Part shown: positions 10,950 to 21,095 of the stretch, piece after piece
Position numbering within the stretch: the first letter of the stretch is position 1
How the letters are laid out: each line of letters begins with the position of its first letter
DNA from: an uncultured Gammaproteobacteria bacterium
GTDB taxonomy: Bacteria > Patescibacteriota > Microgenomatia > Levybacterales > GWA1-39-11
DNA length: 64,000 nt
Assembly (NCBI GenBank): GCA_964537315.1
Contig: CAZIAP010000001.1
Location: forward strand, 314,888 to 378,887
Direction of reading: 5' to 3'
Position numbers and translations under genes: made by a program
The notes under the pieces: model-generated
Told to the model about the DNA's origin: nothing
What the model saw: the letters and a program-made list of their open reading frames with translations, nothing else
Databases searched by the model: none

Positions 10950-12227
10950 TTATTTATCTTGTGTTTTTAAATAATATAATATATAGCTAAAAAGTATAAA
11001 CATCGAGCTCACAAACAGAACCCCGATTACCTGATACAAACTATTATGAAAGAAGGAAAACAATAATATAAAAAGACCTGCTCCTAACAAATTTATTTTA
11101 TATATCCCAGTTTTTCCTATTGATAGGAAATAGTTATTAAACAGGTTAACTAGAGAAAATAAAATAATAAACAGAGAAAATGGACCTAAGTACTGTGCTA
11201 ACACTTGATACTCTGGTGAAGGAAAAAAAACGGATAACACCAAATGTGGAAAGAGGAAGTATCCAAATGATATTGCTAAGGAAATTGAAGTAACTAAAGC
11301 AAATGCTAGCATAAGAGTTTTTAATACATTTTCGTTTTTCTCACGTTTCTGCGCGATTAGTGGAAACAGAACAAACTGTAAGGGTGAAGTTAGATAAAAA
11401 ATAGCTTTTCCCATCAAGGATAAAGCTGCGTACTGACCTGAAATAATCGGCTCGAAGTAAAACCTCACAAGTAATATATCAGCATGTGAAATTATAATTA
11501 GACCTAATGTAGCAAAAAAAAATGGAATACTATAACTCTTCAATTCATTCAAGAATATCGGAGAATGCTTTGAAGTACTTTTCTCTATTCTGTGACGCTT
11601 CCGTATTATTACCATTCCAGCTACTAGCGGTAACAACGAAGATAAAAATATAGCAAATAATACACCAATTAATTTAAATCCAAGAATAATAAATACTACC
11701 GACAAGATCAATTTTAAAGTTGGTCCTAAAATAGAAAGTACGGAGAGAGTTTTAAATTGTAGTTCACCCTGTAGCATACCTGCAGGAAACGAGTAAAGAA
11801 CTGATAACCCAATTGAAAAGATAATTAAAATCAACAGAACGGGATCTTCTACCTTTAGTACAGTTGAGGTAAACGGGATGCTTACTAGTAATAAAAGAAC
11901 TAATATACCTGAGAAAATGAATACAAAACGAAACCCGGAATGAAACAATAGTGAAAATCCTTGGTTATCATTTGAAGCATGATAACGCGCGGAGAACTTT
12001 GCAAAAATCCCAAGTAGAGACATCTGAAATACTCCAAATAAAACACCTAGTGACGTTAATGCGGTTAAAAGTCCAAATTCAGAAACTTGGAGCAGTCTTC
12101 CCATAACAAGATTGAAAAGATAAGCAAACATGCTAGCACCAAATGATCCTAAAAATACAATACTACTTCCTGATATTAGTGGATGCTTTAAGACAACTTG
12201 TAAAGTTTTAAAGTTTATAAAGTTCAT
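10950..12227 (-). CDS. Wzx/MOP-family polysaccharide flippase
   Basis: About 12 TM segments; MGRLLQVSEFG, ADILLV...GQYAA, VLFP motifs. Confidence 0.85.
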   Translation of the reverse strand: MNFINFKTLQVVLKHPLISGSSIVFLGSFGASMFAYLFNLVMGRLLQVSEFGLLTALTSLGVLFGVFQMSLLGIFAKFSARYHASNDNQGFSLLFHSGFRFVFIFSGILVLLLLVSIPFTSTVLKVEDPVLLILIIFSIGLSVLYSFPAGMLQGELQFKTLSVLSILGPTLKLILSVVFIILGFKLIGVLFAIFLSSLLPLVAGMVIIRKRHRIEKSTSKHSPIFLNELKSYSIPFFFATLGLIIISHADILLVRFYFEPIISGQYAALSLMGKAIFYLTSPLQFVLFPLIAQKREKNENVLKTLMLAFALVTSISLAISFGYFLFPHLVLSVFFPSPEYQVLAQYLGPFSLFIILFSLVNLFNNYFLSIGKTGIYKINLLGAGLFILLFSFFHNSLYQVIGVLFVSSMFILFSYILYYLKTQDK

Positions 12228-12239
12228 AAAGTTGGTTAG

Positions 12240-13298
12240 TTAAAATTTATAAACCTGCTGATATACTCGGGTTGTACCAGATATTGTTTTTTTCCAAGTA
12301 AATTTTTTTGCTTGTTGTAAACCTTTTTCTATTAAACCATCCCTGAGTTTTTTTGTAAAAAATACTTCGCCTACTCCATTCGCGATACTTGTTGTATCAT
12401 TTTCATCTACATAAAATGCCGCGTCACCGGCAATTTCAGATAGTGACCCACCTCTGGTAGTCACAACCGGACAACCTGATTGCATCGCTTCCAGTACTGG
12501 CAACCCAAAGCCTTCATATATGCTTGGCATTACAAATACATCAGCAATATTATAAAGCTTCACAAGGTCCTCCTGATCAACAAAACCTAGAGGTATAAAT
12601 CGTTTGTCTCCTTTCATCTTCTCCTGTACCAGAGCAAGATCACGGTTCCAAGGATTTGATTTATCATAGTCTGTAGATCCGATAGATTTACCAACAAGCA
12701 CTAAAGTAAGATTAATCTGTTTGATAGCATCAATCAGTCTAGGCAGATTCTTATTTGCTGTCACGTCTCCAACATAAAGTACGAAACGGTCTGGAAGACC
12801 GTATTTAGTTCTCAGTTCACGGTCCATAGTTCTTGGTATATTAAGCTGTTTAAATTCAGGACCTGCTGCTAGGTATACTGTATTTATTTTATTTTTTGAG
12901 ATTCCGGTGATTCGTGCTATGTCATTTGCAGAAGAGTTAGAATCGGTTATTATTGAGTCAGCTTGTGTAAGTAATTTCTTTTGTATTTGCCACTTTATAC
13001 TTCCTTTTACACCTGACGGAAACTGATGAGGAAACACGAGCGGAGTCAGATCATGGACTGTAACAACCAGCTTCGATTTTTTTATTAAAGGTAAGTGTAC
13101 AAAAAAAGGATCAAAGTATGGGATATGAAGTAAATCTACCTTATTATTACTATTAAGCTCGTTGATGTTATTAGAAAACACATACTCATTGTTTTTATCG
13201 TACTCAACAAGATGCTTTTTAAGGTTTTGAACATAAAAACCAACACCACGAATTTTGTGTCCAGATTGTAATGGGGATGTGTCAATTGCTATCTTCAT
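12240..13298 (-). CDS. GT4 glycosyltransferase (MtfB-like)
   Basis: VTVHD, KNLPRL, EGFGLPVLEAMQSGCPV. Confidence 0.93.
   Translation of the reverse strand: MKIAIDTSPLQSGHKIRGVGFYVQNLKKHLVEYDKNNEYVFSNNINELNSNNKVDLLHIPYFDPFFVHLPLIKKSKLVVTVHDLTPLVFPHQFPSGVKGSIKWQIQKKLLTQADSIITDSNSSANDIARITGISKNKINTVYLAAGPEFKQLNIPRTMDRELRTKYGLPDRFVLYVGDVTANKNLPRLIDAIKQINLTLVLVGKSIGSTDYDKSNPWNRDLALVQEKMKGDKRFIPLGFVDQEDLVKLYNIADVFVMPSIYEGFGLPVLEAMQSGCPVVTTRGGSLSEIAGDAAFYVDENDTTSIANGVGEVFFTKKLRDGLIEKGLQQAKKFTWKKTISGTTRVYQQVYKF
12805..12839. repeat. Heptamer array (NNRGTYC) inside the GT4 CDS
   Basis: ttagttc tcagttc acggtcc atagttc ttggtat; encodes IPRTMDRELRTK. Confidence 0.65.
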
Positions 13299-14455
13299 TG
13301 TTTAACTTTAACAGTTTTATATAAGGTCTGAATTGAATAAAACATAAGTATGTATAAGATGGGAATCAAAATCACAAAATATCGAGCTGCAACTTGTCCA
13401 AAACTGAAGAAAAGAATATAAATTATTGCCCAAAACAAAAGTGGCTCAAGTTGTCTATTATGAGACACTTTTCTAAAGAAGTGTAAAAGTACCAGTACTA
13501 CCATATTTACAGTAAGTATAGGCCAAGTAATTAACCATTGCGAATCAGATAAAATAGGTTTATTGCCCCACCACACATGCCAATGATTTAACAAAAGTAA
13601 TGGCCAAATGGTAAAAGGTTTTATTAGCTGACTTTTATGGTATTCCAAAATATATTTTTGCACACCAATAAATTCTCTTAAATCGTATCCATTAAATAAT
13701 AATTGAACATAGTTAAGAAGTAAAAATAAAACACTTATTGGTAATGTAAACGTTAAATACAGAGCCTTTTTATAATCTTTATTCCAAATTAACACACCAT
13801 ACCATGCTGCAACGATTGTTGCTCCAGTTGCATAAAATTTTGTTGATATAAACATACCAAGAAAGAGAGAGGCGAGTGAGAAAAATATTACGACTTGTTT
13901 TGTAGTGACTTTTTTTTCTAAACCTTTTATAAAAAAGAAAAAAGCCAGGAGTAAAAAAAACAACTGCATAATATCAAGCAATGGTACGTGTATTAGCTGA
14001 TTTCTAAAAATTGGCTCTAGGCTGAGTAGAAAGACTGGGATAATCGCAAATAGCCTTGACGCAAATACTTTCATTCCAATCATATACATCAAAATTAGTG
14101 AACCTACTGCAGAGATAAGAATAAACAAGTTTTCGTTTCCGGTTAATAGTGCAGAATATCCAATTAAATATCTTCCGAAAGGTGGAGTGTCTGCAGCTAT
14201 TATAATTGGTAAAACTCCCTCTTTAATATATGCTGCTCCGGCATATGAGTTAACTGTTACGTCTGGAATCCATTCTGTTGGATTTTTCACTACATATTGT
14301 GATGATCCATAGTCGTCTTTTAATAGTGGGTAACGATCCCAAAAATCGAATGATAAGTAGTTATTGCTATTCTCTAATAAAGTAAGAAATACTGTTGCAG
14401 CTATTAAACATACAATAGCAAAAAAAATAATTAACGAAAAAGATTTTCCTTTCAT
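13295..14455 (-). CDS. GT-C membrane glycosyltransferase (ArnT/PMT-like)
   Basis: DTPPFGRY, LLD, STKF, RYF motifs; polytopic. Confidence 0.75.
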   Translation of the reverse strand: MKGKSFSLIIFFAIVCLIAATVFLTLLENSNNYLSFDFWDRYPLLKDDYGSSQYVVKNPTEWIPDVTVNSYAGAAYIKEGVLPIIIAADTPPFGRYLIGYSALLTGNENLFILISAVGSLILMYMIGMKVFASRLFAIIPVFLLSLEPIFRNQLIHVPLLDIMQLFFLLLAFFFFIKGLEKKVTTKQVVIFFSLASLFLGMFISTKFYATGATIVAAWYGVLIWNKDYKKALYLTFTLPISVLFLLLNYVQLLFNGYDLREFIGVQKYILEYHKSQLIKPFTIWPLLLLNHWHVWWGNKPILSDSQWLITWPILTVNMVVLVLLHFFRKVSHNRQLEPLLFWAIIYILFFSFGQVAARYFVILIPILYILMFYSIQTLYKTVKVKQ

Positions 14456-15423
14456 GCCTGTTTCTTATGCCAATTCCAGGCAGATCTGACAATCGTTTCC
14501 AAATCTGAGTGCTTTGGATCAAATCCCAGAACTGTTTTTGCCTTGGTGTTGTCTGCATAAATCATAGGCGGGTCTCCCGGTCTTTTTGGCTTTTCATCTA
14601 CCATGAAATCCACTCCACTTACTTTTTTGACCATATCAATGACCTCTCTGTTTGAATGTCCTTGTCCAGTTCCAAGATTGAATGAGTCGCTTTTGTTCTC
14701 CTTCATTACATAATCTAATGCCTGAATATGCCCTGTCGCCAAGTCTTCAATATGAATATAATCTCTAATACATGTCCCGTCTTCTGTCGGGTAATCATTT
14801 CCAAAAAGTGAGAAACTTTCTCTTTTTCCGAGAGCTGCTTCTATTGCTATTGGGATAATATGTGTTTCCGGATCATGCTGTTCACCCAGATCACCTTCTA
14901 AACCCGCCCCTGCCGCATTAAAATATCGAAGATTTATATGTTTGATGCCATGAATCTTGTCATACCAATCCAGGATAGTCTCAAACATCAGCTTGGATTC
15001 ACCATATGTGCTCTCCGGGTGTTTTGGTGACTCTTCAGTAACAGGTAACTGGTCAGGTGTTCCGAAAATTGCGCAAGTTGAAGAAAAGATAATGTATTTT
15101 ATCCCCTCTTTTTTCATTAGCTCCAATAGATTTAGCCCACCAGTAATATTGTTGTAAAAATACTTATATGGATCCTGCATTGACTCGCCTGCCTGAGCGT
15201 ATGCCGCAAAATGAATAACTGCGTCAAAATTTTTACCTGAGAGGGATTCAAAAAGAAAATCCTTATCTACTAAATCTCCCTGAATCAACTCGCACGACAC
15301 AGACTCTCTATGACCATAAACCAAATTATCGTAGATAGTTACTTCGTGTCCTTGTTCAAGCAACCTCTTAACCGTAGTACTACCAATATACCCCGCCCCA
15401 CCAGTGACCAAAATCTTACTCAT
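14452..15423 (-). CDS. galE: UDP-glucose 4-epimerase
   Basis: GGAGYIGS, HFAA, FSST, YGESK, LRYFNAAGA, DGTCIRDYIH, RPGDP; GGAGG SD upstream. Confidence 0.95.
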   Translation of the reverse strand: MSKILVTGGAGYIGSTTVKRLLEQGHEVTIYDNLVYGHRESVSCELIQGDLVDKDFLFESLSGKNFDAVIHFAAYAQAGESMQDPYKYFYNNITGGLNLLELMKKEGIKYIIFSSTCAIFGTPDQLPVTEESPKHPESTYGESKLMFETILDWYDKIHGIKHINLRYFNAAGAGLEGDLGEQHDPETHIIPIAIEAALGKRESFSLFGNDYPTEDGTCIRDYIHIEDLATGHIQALDYVMKENKSDSFNLGTGQGHSNREVIDMVKKVSGVDFMVDEKPKRPGDPPMIYADNTKAKTVLGFDPKHSDLETIVRSAWNWHKKQA

Positions 15424-15545
15424 TTTAATACCTCCACATTACACCAGTATACCTTTTTTTTATCAGCTCGCCCGACACGCAAGACAACCTTGCATAGTCG
15501 TTGCGGGCGGGCCCCACCTGTAACCAGAATATTAAGTTTATCCAT
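15420..15545 (-). pseudogene. Epimerase N-terminal remnant interrupted by a GC-rich palindrome
   Basis: MDKLNILVTGGA-RPQRLCKVVLRVGR-ADKKKVYWCNVEVLK*; its stop overlaps the galE ATG. Confidence 0.6.
15469..15509. repeat. GC-rich imperfect palindrome (REP-like element)
   Basis: cgcccgacacgcaagacaaccttgcatagtcgttgcgggcg; arms cgcccg/cgggcg, gac/gtc and gcaag/cttgc. Confidence 0.65.
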
Positions 15546-15594
15546 AATAATATTTTACCAAAATGTACTGCTAAATATTAGATATTCATATATC

Positions 15595-17124
15595 TTATCT
15601 AAAATGTAGGTTACATATAAGATTTGGATCAGATTCAACCAATATTTCTTCAGGATCAAGAATATATTTTTCAACCAATACACCCTTTCCAAATGTTGTT
15701 ACTTTAATAGGATCCTTTTCTAAACCAACCCGTATTTTTTTCCAAAATACAGGATCAGTCTTAGCATATTCTTCAGGTGTTGGGTAGTAAATTAAATACG
15801 TAATTGGTAACTTTTTGCATAAATCTGCTCTAGAGATATAATCATCTTGCAGGTAATTCATCGCATATTTAACAGAATACCCAAATTCATCCGGAGAGTA
15901 TACATAGTAACCAATTTCTGCTTCTTCAGAATCTTGATAAATATATTCGGCAATGTTTTTATTTAAAATCCAAGATGAGCTGTCATAGTTTGATTCACTA
16001 CTCAGCCAACCTAATGCAACATTTTTGCTCTGAATAAATAATAAAGTAAAAACAATGAAATAAACTGCAAAAAAAACTTGTTTGGGAATTATTCGATAAA
16101 GTGATACAAAAACAATAATAACTAAAGGCAGAAATGCCCAGTGATAATAATCCCAAACTAATCCTTTGAACAATATGCTTAAAATCCAGAATCCAGTATA
16201 GAATCCAAAGAATATAAAATAGAAGTTCCTACTTTTAAGTCGTGTGTCAGTAATCGTTTTGAATATAATAAATACATTTAAACCTAGAAAAGCTAAACTA
16301 TTTAGAATACCTGATCCTATTAACTGAAGTCTGCTAACAAAGCCCTCCATTCTATTTAAGATTATTTCGACAATACTTAATTTCGTCCTGTCAGTAGGAG
16401 GATTTGTTAAAAAACCAATTATTGAATTAATGTGTAAGAAGTTATTTCTTATTTCAAAAACTATATAGTTTGATAAAGGTAATATCATAAGTAAGTAAAA
16501 TAAAATATATTTAAACTGCTGTCTTCTATACAGGATTATGGATGTATATACTATTGACATAAATATTGTCAGCATAGCAAAAGCAGGTTGTAGATGAAAA
16601 AGTACGCCTAAAATTAATATAAGCGCAATTAGATATTTTTTATCTGTAGACTCAGTAATTTTAAACAGCAAATACCAAATAATTGGCGATAAAATTAATG
16701 ACCCAAAACTTTGCGTAAATCCTTTCGCGGTAGGTATGACAGCAACAGAATACATGACAGCAGTAAGAATACCCGTATCGTTACCGAACAGCTTTCTTGA
16801 TACCCAATATACTGATATTATAGACAAACATACTGCCAGTAACCAAAATACCCCTATAAAAATAGGGTTTCCTTTTCCAATAACGAAAAACGGGGTTGCA
16901 GCATAATACCAAATAGGACCAAAGTATACTCCCGATATTCCTCCTGCTCTAGGTCCTATTAAGTCTGGACTACGTGTGTTTACCATATCTTCTATTAATA
17001 ACAAGTCCCTTGCTGTATCAGTGTGAAAAAGAACATCACCATGTATAAGGTGCAAACTTGAGTAATATAAACTACTTATTAACAGTGCGATTGATAAAAT
17101 GTATAACGCTATTCTTTTTTTCAT
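15595..17124 (-). CDS. ArnT-like GT-C glycosyltransferase
   Basis: DTARD, LIGP, GPIWYY motifs; about 11 TM segments plus C-terminal domain. Confidence 0.82.
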   Translation of the reverse strand: MKKRIALYILSIALLISSLYYSSLHLIHGDVLFHTDTARDLLLIEDMVNTRSPDLIGPRAGGISGVYFGPIWYYAATPFFVIGKGNPIFIGVFWLLAVCLSIISVYWVSRKLFGNDTGILTAVMYSVAVIPTAKGFTQSFGSLILSPIIWYLLFKITESTDKKYLIALILILGVLFHLQPAFAMLTIFMSIVYTSIILYRRQQFKYILFYLLMILPLSNYIVFEIRNNFLHINSIIGFLTNPPTDRTKLSIVEIILNRMEGFVSRLQLIGSGILNSLAFLGLNVFIIFKTITDTRLKSRNFYFIFFGFYTGFWILSILFKGLVWDYYHWAFLPLVIIVFVSLYRIIPKQVFFAVYFIVFTLLFIQSKNVALGWLSSESNYDSSSWILNKNIAEYIYQDSEEAEIGYYVYSPDEFGYSVKYAMNYLQDDYISRADLCKKLPITYLIYYPTPEEYAKTDPVFWKKIRVGLEKDPIKVTTFGKGVLVEKYILDPEEILVESDPNLICNLHFR

Positions 17125-17133
17125 CTATAAAAT

Positions 17134-17961
17134 TTATTTAAATGATTGAATATATGACACAGGGAATCTTAGTGCTGAGAACAGAGAGAATACAAAACCC
17201 GACCACCCATCCATGAATCCTTTGTGTCTACCGTACGTTGTCACAAACCAGTGTCCAGGGCGTGCGATAAGATATCCGATTGCCTGGGTAAATATCTGAA
17301 AAGAATTCATCTTTTTCCGCTCTGTTTTAATTTCGTTGGCAAATAATGCATTATATCTTTTCCATTTTTGCAGATAAGCAGAAAAATTTTTATATGGATA
17401 GTGCAAAAGAGCGTGATCTAAGTAACCTACCTTTCCTTCGATTACTGCTTGCTCGTGTACGTCCTTTTGTGGCAGTTTTCCCTTCCCTCTTTTATATAAT
17501 CTCACTGTATAGTCAGGATACTGTCCTCCTTTCATGAGGAATCTGCCAAGAAAATAATTTTTACGAGGCATCCAGTAGCCATTAGGCTCAGTTATTAGTT
17601 CATGGTTCAAAGTTTTTGGTTTTTGCTTCTTTGCTCGTGAATCTTGACTCTTGCTTCCACGTCCTAAGACTTGTTTAATTTCTTCTGCAAGTTCAGGAGA
17701 AATAACTTCATCTGCATCCATCTGAAGAATCCAATCACCTGTTGCTTTATCAATCGACTTCTGTTTGTTTATATGAAAGTTAGGAGGATTGTCAGTCACG
17801 GTAACTTTTGCACCATACTGCTTTGCAATCTCTACAGTTTTGTCTGTTGATGTTCCATCAACAATCACTATCTCATCTGCAATGTCTTTTACTGACTCAA
17901 GACATCGAGCTAAGTTTTCTTCTTCATTAAATGTGGCAAGAACTACTGATAACTTTCCCAT
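17134..17961 (-). CDS. GT2 glycosyltransferase (WaaE/KdtX-like)
   Basis: NEEENLARCL, MDADE, YPDY.VRL, VHE. Confidence 0.92.
   Translation of the reverse strand: MGKLSVVLATFNEEENLARCLESVKDIADEIVIVDGTSTDKTVEIAKQYGAKVTVTDNPPNFHINKQKSIDKATGDWILQMDADEVISPELAEEIKQVLGRGSKSQDSRAKKQKPKTLNHELITEPNGYWMPRKNYFLGRFLMKGGQYPDYTVRLYKRGKGKLPQKDVHEQAVIEGKVGYLDHALLHYPYKNFSAYLQKWKRYNALFANEIKTERKKMNSFQIFTQAIGYLIARPGHWFVTTYGRHKGFMDGWSGFVFSLFSALRFPVSYIQSFK
17588..17657. repeat. Heptamer arrays forming an in-frame insertion in the GT2 gene
   Basis: tcagtta ttagttc atggttc aaagttt ttggttt ... gtgaatc ttgactc ttgcttc. The protein is about 18 aa longer here than paralog 34023..34772. Confidence 0.7.
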
Positions 17962-18027
17962 TTCTTTATTATAACAATAGTATTAACTAGTTAACGAGTA
18001 ATTCTTAAATATTTAATACTAAATTGT

Positions 18028-19608
18028 TTATTCTATCGCAGACGGATCAAGACGATACCCGTACTGCTGAATTTCTTCAAGCTGCTGTTGATTTAACTGT
18101 CGTGCCCTGCTTTTTAAAATATACAGACAGCTTGATTGATCAGTAAATTGTATTGGCGCATACTCAAAACGAACTCTTTCAGGTAGGCTATTGAATAACG
18201 ACTTTGCCTCAAAACAATTGAAGTAATAAAAGGTTGGCGGATTATTCTCAAACATTGAAAGTCGCTGCTTCCTGTACTTGTCGATATCATGCATTACCGG
18301 ATAATATACCTGATACTCAAACGCAGGAGGCGTTTTTGACTGCCAGTATAAAAGGCTTTCTGAAAAATCTACATGTAGTGTGTCACCTGGAGACGCAAGC
18401 AAGTCTACAGTTTTTCCAGTTACGAGATATTTGTCATACTGAAATGCAAAAAGAGCGTTTCTATCAACAGACCTAGTAATATACGAATCAGACTGCACCG
18501 CAGTATAACCAACAAAACCAGTAATAACTAAGATTAATCCAACTGAAAGTTTTTTATTTAATTTGAATATCTCTCTGATCAATAAAAATATTGCTATTAG
18601 AAAGATTCCAATCCATTGAATCTGATAAAAAGCGCTATAGTACATCGTTCCCGGTTGAACCATTCGCACATTTGCTACACCTAAAATAATTAGAATATAA
18701 ATTATCAATTTCCAATTCTTTGTTCTGTAGAAAAAATAACTCAAAGATAGTAAAAATACTCCGCTTATCCCTATCAAAAATATCCTTAGAAAATTGCTTT
18801 CCCCTGAAAAAAATACAAATACTGGATAAAAAAACATAGAAAATAATCCTAGGTTTGACTGCGCGTTTGACTCAAGCTGATAACTAAATACAGTCTCGTA
18901 ATTTACATATACTACTTGGTATAGGTACTCCTGAATTGGCACAGTTATAAAAGTTATAAGAGAGAGAATTAAAAATACTCCAAAGGAGTACAACTGTTTT
19001 TTTGAAAGTTTTTTCTCTATCAGGAGAAATACAAACATTACAATTGCGAGCGGTACATATGGTTCTCGGCTCCAGACAACAAACCATGTGCCAAGCGAGG
19101 CAAGTATAAGATCAGTTGTTGAAATGGTCTTATGGAGAAGTTTTTTCCAACCTAAATAGAATAGAAATATATGTATATATACGATTATTCCTTCAGCTAA
19201 AAATAAGTACCCGAAAAAATAATATTTAATTAGCTCATACACAATTATCACCCCTACACCTACCCACCTTAATCGTAATATCAAAAAAACACCTGCAATA
19301 GCAGAAACTAAAAATACAAAGATACGATGGTACATAATTACCTGGTACAGAGAATCAGGCTGAGTAGCCAGCTGAATAAGAGAGCTTAGATATACCGGAA
19401 GCATCTGATGATTAAAGAACTGCTCAGAGTACAGCAATTTTCCTTGAATGAAAAAATGCCCCGCCACAATATTGGCTACCTCATCAAAAAAAATAAATGA
19501 AGTAAATTGAGAGTAGTAAAGTACGAACAGCGCCGAGTACAATCCAGCAACCGCCAAAGCAATAACTAAAGACTTTATGGTGAGATATTTTTTGATAATC
19601 TTATGCAT
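18028..19608 (-). CDS. GT-C membrane glycosyltransferase
   Basis: FFDE after TM1, GKLLYSEQFFNH; polytopic. Confidence 0.78.
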   Translation of the reverse strand: MHKIIKKYLTIKSLVIALAVAGLYSALFVLYYSQFTSFIFFDEVANIVAGHFFIQGKLLYSEQFFNHQMLPVYLSSLIQLATQPDSLYQVIMYHRIFVFLVSAIAGVFLILRLRWVGVGVIIVYELIKYYFFGYLFLAEGIIVYIHIFLFYLGWKKLLHKTISTTDLILASLGTWFVVWSREPYVPLAIVMFVFLLIEKKLSKKQLYSFGVFLILSLITFITVPIQEYLYQVVYVNYETVFSYQLESNAQSNLGLFSMFFYPVFVFFSGESNFLRIFLIGISGVFLLSLSYFFYRTKNWKLIIYILIILGVANVRMVQPGTMYYSAFYQIQWIGIFLIAIFLLIREIFKLNKKLSVGLILVITGFVGYTAVQSDSYITRSVDRNALFAFQYDKYLVTGKTVDLLASPGDTLHVDFSESLLYWQSKTPPAFEYQVYYPVMHDIDKYRKQRLSMFENNPPTFYYFNCFEAKSLFNSLPERVRFEYAPIQFTDQSSCLYILKSRARQLNQQQLEEIQQYGYRLDPSAIE

Positions 19609-19610
19609 AA

Positions 19611-21086
19611 TTATGGTTTTTCCTCATACCACCACTTCAACTCACGTTTGTATACAGTTTCCGGAGAGATCGGTGTCCAACCTGCATCCGTGATTTCATC
19701 TTTTGAATACCCACCTAGATCGATAATGTTTTTATCTGAATATACACGATCATCACCATCAACCGTATAGCAGGAATCGTCGTATACACCTATCGGCACG
19801 CCGTTATCACTTAACAAATGCTCAGAATGTAGCAAGAATGCATAAGCTTGTGATCTATTCCTATCCTGCCTACCACAATCCAATATCGAGAACTCTTGAT
19901 CAGGATAGCTTGACTTTAAAAACTCAATATCAGCTTTGTAATTAACGTGCGATTCCATAGTATGTCCTACTGCAAAACTTTTCGGAATTACCACACCAAC
20001 CAGAGTAATCAGTGCTAATAATCCAAGTACTAAACCTTTTTTTAGCTGCAACACACGCCAAAAGGCATAACCAACAAACAAAAATATGAATGGATGAAGA
20101 TACAGCAAGTAATATGACTCACGTGATCCTGTATGATATCTCAGATATAAAAATTGAATAATAAAAGCAACAATGAGCAGTAACATCGACTTCTCAATTT
20201 TTTTTGTCACTATACTCCATACAATAATCCCAGCCGTCAAAACTCCAATGATGAGTCCGGGAATAACAGGAACTCCGATAACATATGCCCAAAACTCTGG
20301 CCAAAAATCTCTCAGGTAAATTGTCCAACTGTTTGGTATATATACTGAGTTTTTACCGTCTGTAAGATAAAAGAAAAATCCCCTTACTGTGTGCCAATGA
20401 TTGATAGCGTTGAAGAATATTAAAGGGATAAACGAAGTAATCAATCCTATTAAAGAAACATAAATAAATTTAAATCTCTGATGTTTTTGTGCGACAAACA
20501 AAAGTGGTAAGAATAATAAAAATGTAAGTGTTTGGAAGTGATAATTAATACCGATACCAAGTACGAGCCCAAAGAAAAATGCCCACCATAATGATATTTT
20601 CTCTTTTATAGCTTTTGCGAATACCCAGAGCACAAATGCACAACAAACAAACACCATATCAGGATTACTCAGTCCGGTTCCGGCAATAATCTGAGCAGGA
20701 GAAATCGCGGTAAGAAGTGCTAGTATTCCTCCCAGACGCCAATCACCGATAGTTTCACCAAGCTTATACATAAAAAATATTCCTAGTATAGAAAGTAGCG
20801 AAACAGAAACCCAAGGAGCATATTGATAAGGAACAAAAAATTGAAAACCGATAAGCTGATAATAATACCATGGTCCGAAGTTGAAATTTCCTAGCGCAGA
20901 TGCCGGACCATGCATCGGCAATTGAAAAACATTTGCGCCATATACAGCAATCAATGCGTCTCGTGTAGCGTCATAATCAAATCCATATCGTTGTGGAGTA
21001 TTATGAAATCTCAAAATTACCCCAACCAGCAAGATGGAAATTAATATAACCTTCGGTAATGTGAAATAGGTGCGCAGTACTTTCAA
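19611..21086 (-). CDS. ArnT-like GT-C glycosyltransferase
   Basis: DATRD, HGP, GPWYYY, AISP; resembles 15595..17124; TTG start. Confidence 0.82.
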   Translation of the reverse strand: MKVLRTYFTLPKVILISILLVGVILRFHNTPQRYGFDYDATRDALIAVYGANVFQLPMHGPASALGNFNFGPWYYYQLIGFQFFVPYQYAPWVSVSLLSILGIFFMYKLGETIGDWRLGGILALLTAISPAQIIAGTGLSNPDMVFVCCAFVLWVFAKAIKEKISLWWAFFFGLVLGIGINYHFQTLTFLLFLPLLFVAQKHQRFKFIYVSLIGLITSFIPLIFFNAINHWHTVRGFFFYLTDGKNSVYIPNSWTIYLRDFWPEFWAYVIGVPVIPGLIIGVLTAGIIVWSIVTKKIEKSMLLLIVAFIIQFLYLRYHTGSRESYYLLYLHPFIFLFVGYAFWRVLQLKKGLVLGLLALITLVGVVIPKSFAVGHTMESHVNYKADIEFLKSSYPDQEFSILDCGRQDRNRSQAYAFLLHSEHLLSDNGVPIGVYDDSCYTVDGDDRVYSDKNIIDLGGYSKDEITDAGWTPISPETVYKRELKWWYEEKP

Positions 21087-21095
21087 AATATGAGA

